A DNA stretch of 13,624 nucleotides from Candidatus Rokuibacteriota bacterium. Lineage in GTDB: Bacteria; Methylomirabilota; Methylomirabilia; Rokubacteriales; DASRDR01. The notes beneath the pieces were generated by a model. It was not told where the DNA came from, did not search any database, and saw only the letters and a list, made by a program, of their open reading frames with translations. The stretch is from NCBI GenBank assembly GCA_044866005.1, contig JBIOTN010000052.1, positions 1-13,624 of the forward strand. The letters are read 5' to 3'. A program made the position numbers and the translations under genes. Shown one piece after another: positions 8,362 to 13,624 of this stretch (within the stretch, counting starts at the first letter, position 1; each line of letters opens with the position of its first letter).

Positions 8362-9381
8362 CTACGGCATGAGGATGGCTTTGACGTAGTCCTTCGGCTG
8401 GGTGAGGAGCTCGCGGAAGACGCGCGCCCCCTCCGTGAGCGGGAAGGGGCACACCCACTGCCGGGCGTCGATGCGCCCGTGGGCGAGGAGGCCGATGGCC
8501 TTGCGCAGATCGGCGGGCGCGACGGCGTAGGAGCCGCGGATCCGCCGTTCGCCGAGGACGACGGCGTGGCCCGAGAGCGAGGTCTCGTCGGCGTGCAGCC
8601 CGATCCACACCACCTCGCCGCCCGGTCGGACGATCTCGGCGGCGGCGGCGCGGGTCTCCGACGTCCCGGCCGCGTCCACGACCACGTCGGCGCCCTTCCC
8701 CCGGGTGAACTCCCGGATGGCGTCGGCGAGCGGCGTCGCGCGCGGGTTCACGACGGGCTCGGCGCCGAGCCGGTGGGCCACCTCGAGGCGGGCCGTGTTC
8801 GTGTCCACGGCGACCAGCCGGAAGGCCCCGACCGTGCGCGCGACCTGGAGGCAGAGGAGCCCGATCGTGCCCGCTCCGATGACCACCACCGTCTCGGGCA
8901 GTCGTTCCTCGATCAGCGAGAAGACGTGGACCGCGTTGGCCAGCGGCTCGACCAGCGCGCCCTCGAGCGGCGACACCTTCTCGGGCAGGGGGAAGACGGT
9001 GGAGGCGGGCACCAGCGCCAGCTCGGCCCAGCCGCCGGGCCGTTTCATGCCGAAGACTTCTCGCCGCGGGCAGAGGTGGGGCCGGCCTTCCAGGCAGCTC
9101 TCGCAGGCCCCGCAACTGATGAGCGAGTTCAACGCCACGCGCTCGCCCGGCTGGATCCCCGAGACCCCCGGGCCGACCGCCGCGACCTCGCCACAGAACT
9201 CGTGACCCATGACGAGGGGCGGCGGGCGTCGCGGGCTCCGCGTGGCGAAGGCCTCGAGCTCGGAGCCGCAGATGCCGGCCGCGGCGACCCGCACCAGCAC
9301 CTCTCCGCGGGCGGGAGCGGACGGCTCGGGCACGTCGCGGACCTCGATCACGTCGTGGGCCGGGTAGACCAGCGCCTTCAC
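8362..9381 (-). CDS. Zn-dependent medium-chain dehydrogenase (polyol/sugar-acid/threonine dehydrogenase-like)
   Basis: Motifs GICGSE, GHE, the structural Zn site CGACESC-x7-C, VEPLA and GAGTIG. An Asp at the end of the second Rossmann strand (AVD) suggests NAD(H). Confidence 0.93.
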   Translation of the reverse strand: MKALVYPAHDVIEVRDVPEPSAPARGEVLVRVAAAGICGSELEAFATRSPRRPPPLVMGHEFCGEVAAVGPGVSGIQPGERVALNSLISCGACESCLEGRPHLCPRREVFGMKRPGGWAELALVPASTVFPLPEKVSPLEGALVEPLANAVHVFSLIEERLPETVVVIGAGTIGLLCLQVARTVGAFRLVAVDTNTARLEVAHRLGAEPVVNPRATPLADAIREFTRGKGADVVVDAAGTSETRAAAAEIVRPGGEVVWIGLHADETSLSGHAVVLGERRIRGSYAVAPADLRKAIGLLAHGRIDARQWVCPFPLTEGARVFRELLTQPKDYVKAILMP

Positions 9382-9388
9382 GGCTGGC

Positions 9389-9397
9389 AGCCTACCA
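9389..9397 (-). promoter_or_regulatory. Extended -10 (TGgTAGGCT) 7 nt before the GTG start: probable leaderless promoter
   Basis: Minus strand reads TGG-TAGGCT-GCCAGCC-GTG. No Shine-Dalgarno sequence between the element and the start. Confidence 0.6.
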
Positions 9398-9476
9398 CGG
9401 TCGGACGCCGCCGCGGGTGGCGCCGGCGAGCCGCGTGGAGGAGGTCAGCGGGAAGATCCGGGGCCCGGCTGATGGA

Positions 9477-10205
9477 CTAGGCTCTGACGAGACCCTCGCG
9501 GATGGCGTACCTGACCAGCTGCGCCGCGTTCCCCAGCTCGAGCTTGCGGAAGATGTTCTGCCGGTGCGTCTCCACCGTTTTGAGGCTGGTCCCCAGCTTC
9601 TCCGCGATCTCCTTCGAGGTCATTCCTTCCGCGATGTGCCGGATGATCTCGAGCTCGCGTGGCGTCACGCGGCTGCCGCGCTCGCGCCCCCGCCCGCCGC
9701 GCCGGTCGCCCCCGGGCTCGTAGACGGCGAGGACCCGCCAGAGGGTGTAGTGCTGGATCCGGAGAAGCGCGAGCAGCGTCTGCCCGAGGGTGGGACTGAC
9801 CCGCAGGAGGCTCAGAAGGACGTGGGCGACGCTCTCCTGATGCGCCTCGAGGAAGGCCAGCAGCCGCTCCGGCCCCAGCCGGTCGTGCGCGAACTCGAGC
9901 GCGACTTCCTCGATGGTGCTCGTGTAGCCGCGGAAGTCCCGCCGGGCCAGGGCGCGGTGCAGCCGCTCGAGGACGCGCGGGGCCAGATCCACCTCCCGCG
10001 GCGTCCAGTCGCGACCCACCAGGTCGCGGTAGCGAGTGCGCCAGTGGCGGGACACGGCGTCGCGGTGCCGCTCGAGGCGGGTGAACGCCGCCGCCACCGC
10101 GTGTTGTGCTGGACCGGGCAGCGACAGCCCGGGCGGGACGCCGGTCCCGCGGTCACTCCCGAGGTCTCGCGCAGTCGGACTTCGCTCCGCAATCGCCCTT
10201 GCCAT
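9477..10205 (-). CDS. LuxR/NarL-type HTH transcriptional regulator with non-receiver helical N-terminal domain
   Basis: The C-terminus TPRELEIIRHIAEGMTSKEIAEKLGTSLKTVETHRQNIFRKL is a clear LuxR HTH. Start revised to ATG 10205 (GTG 10214 is an alternative). The longer track ORF overlaps the LarA-like gene. Confidence 0.88.
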   Translation of the reverse strand: MARAIAERSPTARDLGSDRGTGVPPGLSLPGPAQHAVAAAFTRLERHRDAVSRHWRTRYRDLVGRDWTPREVDLAPRVLERLHRALARRDFRGYTSTIEEVALEFAHDRLGPERLLAFLEAHQESVAHVLLSLLRVSPTLGQTLLALLRIQHYTLWRVLAVYEPGGDRRGGRGRERGSRVTPRELEIIRHIAEGMTSKEIAEKLGTSLKTVETHRQNIFRKLELGNAAQLVRYAIREGLVRA

Positions 10206-10243
10206 ATGATCCACATTCCCGCCCCCTGCGCTTTCTCGCCGCT

Positions 10244-11506
10244 TCAGAACGGGAACAGTGCTCCTTTCTCGTCGAAGGCGAGCGGTGTGGGCTCGCCGAC
10301 CTGCTGTAAATCCTCCCGCTTCGCGACGTCGGGCAAGAAGGTCTCGGACACGTCCACCTCGGCCAGGCGAAGCGTGTTCTTGATGCGCACCACGCGCGCG
10401 TCCTCGACGCGATCGAGGCCGAGGCAGGAGAGCGCGACCGCGATCGCGTCCCGATCGGTCTCGAACACGGGGGGCAGCTTCGCGCCGTCCGGCGCACAGG
10501 CCGTGAGGCAGTTGATGTACGTCGAGTTCCAGTCGATCTTGTTCACGAGCCGCCGCGTGGTGAAGTTGGCGCTGCCGATGCCGGTCGCGTTTCCGTTCGT
10601 GTGCTCGGTCAGGTCGCACACGACGATGAAGGTGATGCTGGGGTTCGGGAAGCGCGGCTCGAAGAACGTGGAGTGCCGGCCGATGACGTTCGAGTCCATC
10701 CCCGCGCCGGAGATGTCCTTGCCCATCTCTTCCACGATCAACAGGTCGATCGGGTCGAAGGGCAGCCGGGCCATCCACGCCCGGGCCTCCCGGAGCAGCG
10801 CCCGCTCGCCGGCCTCGAGGTCGGCCGGGAGAAAGGCCTGTACCTTCGCCGTCTCGTCGTAGCCGTTCTCCACGATGGCCAGCCCGAACGCGATCCGGGC
10901 TTTCCGGAGCATCTCGCGCCCGACGCCGGTGATCACCGTTTCGTAGCGGTGGTGGATGTTCGCCCGGTGGGCCTGGATGGCCCCGCGATGCTTGCCGAGT
11001 CCGATCGTCATCATCTTGAAGAGGCCGGACTCGATCTCGCCCTTGAAGTCGGTGTGAGGCTTGACCCGATTGATGACCCCGATCCAGTCCGCCTCGGCCG
11101 CATGGCGGTCGAGCCAGACGGGAAGCCCGAGCGCCTCGCCGACCTGGACCACGTCCATGGTGGCGCGGACGGGGCAACCCATCGTCCGCTCGGTCACGCC
11201 GTAGTGCTCGAGGACCCCCAGCTGGCCCTCGGGCGTCCCGCCGCCGTGGCTGCCCATCGCCGGGAAGATGAAGGGCCGGCCGCCGACGCGCTTCACGTGC
11301 TCGACGCACGCGCGGGCGACCGCGTCGATGTTGACGATGCCACGGCTGCCCACGGCGAGGGCGACCGTCTGCCCCGGCTCGATGGGAAGCGCCAGGCCGC
11401 CGAGGGTCTCCAGGACGGCGCCGGCGACGTCGTGGAGCATGGGGCCGGAGAACTGCTGCTTGACGCGGACCATCCGGGGGAAGCTCGAGACGCGCGGAAT
11501 GCTCAT
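10244..11506 (-). CDS. LarA (lactate racemase) superfamily protein, probable nickel-pincer-nucleotide-dependent isomerase/epimerase
   Basis: Motifs AVGSRGI, PAMGSHGG, NRVKPHTDF, ESGLFKM--IGLGK--GA---H and GKDISGAGMDSNVIGR. GAGGAGG RBS. This is a divergent subfamily, not LarA itself. Confidence 0.8.
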   Translation of the reverse strand: MSIPRVSSFPRMVRVKQQFSGPMLHDVAGAVLETLGGLALPIEPGQTVALAVGSRGIVNIDAVARACVEHVKRVGGRPFIFPAMGSHGGGTPEGQLGVLEHYGVTERTMGCPVRATMDVVQVGEALGLPVWLDRHAAEADWIGVINRVKPHTDFKGEIESGLFKMMTIGLGKHRGAIQAHRANIHHRYETVITGVGREMLRKARIAFGLAIVENGYDETAKVQAFLPADLEAGERALLREARAWMARLPFDPIDLLIVEEMGKDISGAGMDSNVIGRHSTFFEPRFPNPSITFIVVCDLTEHTNGNATGIGSANFTTRRLVNKIDWNSTYINCLTACAPDGAKLPPVFETDRDAIAVALSCLGLDRVEDARVVRIKNTLRLAEVDVSETFLPDVAKREDLQQVGEPTPLAFDEKGALFPF

Positions 11507-11524
11507 GAGGTCCTCCTCGTGACG

Positions 11525-11553
11525 AGTCTAGACGCCCCCCCCGGGGGTGTCAA
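11525..11553 (-). promoter_or_regulatory. Sigma70-type promoter TTGACA-N17-TAGACT upstream of the LarA-like gene
   Basis: Exact -35 at 11553-11548, 17-bp spacer, -10 TAGACT at 11530-11525. The predicted start site falls immediately before the RBS. Confidence 0.8.
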
Positions 11554-11623
11554 AGCCTCGCCCCGCCACGCTCGCGCGACCCACCGCCGACCCCGCATGG
11601 TAAAGCTTTCCCTTAGGGGGTCC

Positions 11624-11639
11624 AGCAAGATGCGTTCCA
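11624..11639 (-). promoter_or_regulatory. Sigma54 (RpoN) -24/-12 promoter candidate
   Basis: Minus strand reads TGGAAC-GCATC-TTGCT against consensus TGGCAC-N5-TTGCW: one mismatch, correct GG-N10-GC spacing, intergenic and pointing at the LarA-like gene. Confidence 0.65.
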
Positions 11640-11788
11640 GGTTTCTCCCTAGAGCCGCGCGCCCGAAGGCGCGCCGGACGCCTGCGTGCGGGGCGACGGC
11701 GCCGCCGGGAGGAGCGGCGGCCGCCCTGTCGCCCGACGGCCGGCGTCCGGGACCGGACAGGCGGCGAGGCCGGCGAGCCGCGCCCGCC

Positions 11789-12652
11789 TCAGAGGCCCTG
11801 GACCGCCCCGGAGACCAGGCCGTGGGTCAGGTAGCGGCGGAAGAGGTAGTAGAAGACGACCGGGGGGATGGCGTAGATGGTCGAGAGCGCCATGAGGAGG
11901 TTCCACGGCGCGTCGTCGCCCGTCAGGAAGGTGCCCATCGAGATCGGGAGCGTGAACATCTGCTCCCCCTGGAGGAAGAGCACGGCGTAGAGGTACTCGT
12001 TCCAGGCGAAGAAGAACGCGTAGGTGCCGATGGCGATGAGCGGCGGGAGCACCAGGGGCAGGTACATGCGATAGAAGAGGGTGAAGACGCCGGCCCCGTC
12101 GATCGCCGCCGACTCGTCGATCTCGGGCGGAATGGTCTTGGCGTAGTCCCAGAGCACCCACAGCGCGTAGGGCGAGGCGAAGGTCACCATGGCGGCGATC
12201 AAGGCCCAGTAGGTGTCGAGCAGGTCGTAGTCACCCATGATCTTGAAGAACGGGATGGAAAGGAAGGAGGCCGGGATGATGTAGGTGAAGAGCGTCATGC
12301 CGGAGACCCACGGCGCGAGCGGGAACCGGATGCGTCCCAGGGCGAAGCTGCCGAGCGCCGCGATGACGAGGACCGCCAGCATCGTCGCGGCGGCGACGAC
12401 CACGCTGTTCCACATCCAGCGCCAGAAGTACTTGACGAAGACGCTCTCCTGCAGCACGACGAACTTGAAGCTCTCCAGCGTGGGATGCTGCACCCAGTAC
12501 TCGGGCCGGAAGAGCTCCGCCGTGGGGGTGAAGGCCAGCACGAGCATGTAGTAGATGGGGAAGAGCGTCCACGCGGTGACGATGGCGAGGACGACGCCCC
12601 GGCCGACCTCCCGCAGGCACCGCCCTGCCGTCGGCCGCGCGCGTCCTCTCAT
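11789..12652 (-). CDS. Carbohydrate ABC transporter permease (MalG/UgpE-like)
   Basis: Start revised to ATG 12652, in an ATGA overlap with the upstream stop. EAA loop IPPEIDESAAIDGA and motif FFFAWNEYL. Confidence 0.92.
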   Translation of the reverse strand: MRGRARPTAGRCLREVGRGVVLAIVTAWTLFPIYYMLVLAFTPTAELFRPEYWVQHPTLESFKFVVLQESVFVKYFWRWMWNSVVVAAATMLAVLVIAALGSFALGRIRFPLAPWVSGMTLFTYIIPASFLSIPFFKIMGDYDLLDTYWALIAAMVTFASPYALWVLWDYAKTIPPEIDESAAIDGAGVFTLFYRMYLPLVLPPLIAIGTYAFFFAWNEYLYAVLFLQGEQMFTLPISMGTFLTGDDAPWNLLMALSTIYAIPPVVFYYLFRRYLTHGLVSGAVQGL

Positions 12653-13542
12653 CGGATCTTCCTGATCAGGAGGAAGATGAAGAGCAGCGTGACCGGCAGG
12701 GCCGTCGCGAACACGCCCACCCCCCACTCGATCCGCCCCACCAGGAAGGTGTACCGGTAGGCCAGCGTCGCCAGCACGTGGGTCGAGTCGCCGGGTGCCC
12801 CGCCCGTGAGCAGCCACACGTTGGTGAAGTCGCCCATCGTGAAGACCATCGAGAGGAGCGAGCAGATCAGGTAGATGCCCTGGAGCATGGGGAAGGTGAT
12901 GAAGCGGAAGTTCTGGACGCCGCTGGCGCCGTCGATCGCGGCGGCCTCGTAGAGCTCGCGGGGGATGCCGCGGCGGGCGGCCAGGAAGATGACCGTCCAG
13001 AACGGCAGGTACTTCCAGATGTGGAAGACGACGAGGGCGCCGATCGCCATCCACCGCGACGCGAGCCAGTGGACCGGCCGGAACCCGAGGTCCTCCACGA
13101 TCAGGTTCATGATCCCCCACTGGGAGGAGAGCATCCAGCGGATGGAGAGGATACCGGGGAGCACCGGGATCGCCCACGGCAGGAGGAAGATGGCCGAGAG
13201 GAACCGCACCCCGCGGCGGTCCGACTGGAGCACGCCGGACAGCAAGAGCGCCAGGAAGAGCTTCACGTTGACCGCGACGCCGACGTAGACCAGCGTATTG
13301 ACGACGGTCTGGACGTAGATGGGGTCGGAGAAGAGGACCTGGTAGGTGTACGGGTCGAAGGCCTGGGTGACCTCGAAGTAGAGCGGGTAGGCGACGAACA
13401 GGACGAAGAGGAGGATCAGCGGCAGGCAGAAGAGGAGGCCCTGAACGTTGCGCGACCGCGGCGACAGCGCCCCCGCCGCCGCGGCCGCCGACCGGGCCAC
13501 CCATCCGTTCAGGCCCCGGGCGCGCGCTACGGCATCAGCCAT
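12649..13542 (-). CDS. Carbohydrate ABC transporter permease (MalF/UgpA-like)
   Basis: Motifs LLPWAIP, IWKYLPF, IPRELYEAAAIDGA, FRFITFP and LLTGGAPG. Confidence 0.93.
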   Translation of the reverse strand: MADAVARARGLNGWVARSAAAAAGALSPRSRNVQGLLFCLPLILLFVLFVAYPLYFEVTQAFDPYTYQVLFSDPIYVQTVVNTLVYVGVAVNVKLFLALLLSGVLQSDRRGVRFLSAIFLLPWAIPVLPGILSIRWMLSSQWGIMNLIVEDLGFRPVHWLASRWMAIGALVVFHIWKYLPFWTVIFLAARRGIPRELYEAAAIDGASGVQNFRFITFPMLQGIYLICSLLSMVFTMGDFTNVWLLTGGAPGDSTHVLATLAYRYTFLVGRIEWGVGVFATALPVTLLFIFLLIRKIR

Positions 13543-13624
13543 GCGTCCCGATTACCCGGCGGGACAGACGGCGCTGCCCGTCCCAAACCAACCGCGCCAC
13601 TCCATCCGAAGCGCTTCGGGGGGG

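Noticed and set aside
10206..11309. A 610-aa version of the LuxR protein, or a LarA-LuxR frameshift fusion
   Set aside because: The extension is a shadow frame of the LarA-like gene, which has a normal-looking C-terminus and its own stop. The LuxR gene has a usable ATG 38 bp downstream.
11597..11624. A third, sigma70-like promoter (minus-strand TACCAT at 11602-11597)
   Set aside because: There is no convincing -35 at 17 bp, and the region is better explained by the sigma54 site.
244..13288. Many long plus-strand ORFs (e.g. 402-1835, 3804-5888, 6446-8389, 10601-12760) and alternative-frame minus-strand ORFs
   Set aside because: They are R/G/P/A-rich shadow frames of well-supported genes, expected in high-GC DNA where stop codons are rare, and they show no family motifs.
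12653..13504. A 571-aa fused sugar permease
   Set aside because: The N-terminal part is an off-frame reading of the MalF-like gene. An ATGA junction at 12649-12652 explains two separate genes.
1..13624. CRISPR array, IS/transposase, integrase, tRNA/rRNA or defence system
   Set aside because: No regularly spaced repeats, terminal inverted repeats, recombinase or nuclease motifs, or obvious compositional island were seen.

Overview
Very GC-rich (roughly 70% by eye) bacterial DNA packed with transporter and catabolic genes, almost all on the minus strand. In minus-strand order it carries: two carbohydrate (CUT1) ABC permeases; an intergenic region with both a sigma54-type and a near-consensus sigma70-type promoter; a LarA-superfamily (nickel-pincer-type) isomerase; a LuxR/NarL-HTH regulator with an unusual non-receiver helical N-terminal domain; and a probably leaderless Zn-dependent dehydrogenase. 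Next come a plus-strand ArsN1/PAT-like GNAT acetyltransferase and, divergent from it, a DUF72 gene. The last block is a probable operon: TAXI-TRAP binding protein, fused TRAP permease, a 37-aa single-TM ORF missing from the ORF track, an SDR lacking the catalytic Tyr, and an Fe3+/thiamine-type ABC system whose ATPase is cut by the left edge. I found no rRNA, tRNA, CRISPR array or mobile element. The best candidate for an undescribed system is the LarA-like isomerase, sensor-LuxR and Zn-dehydrogenase module with its dual promoter. All family assignments come from motif recognition, not database searches.
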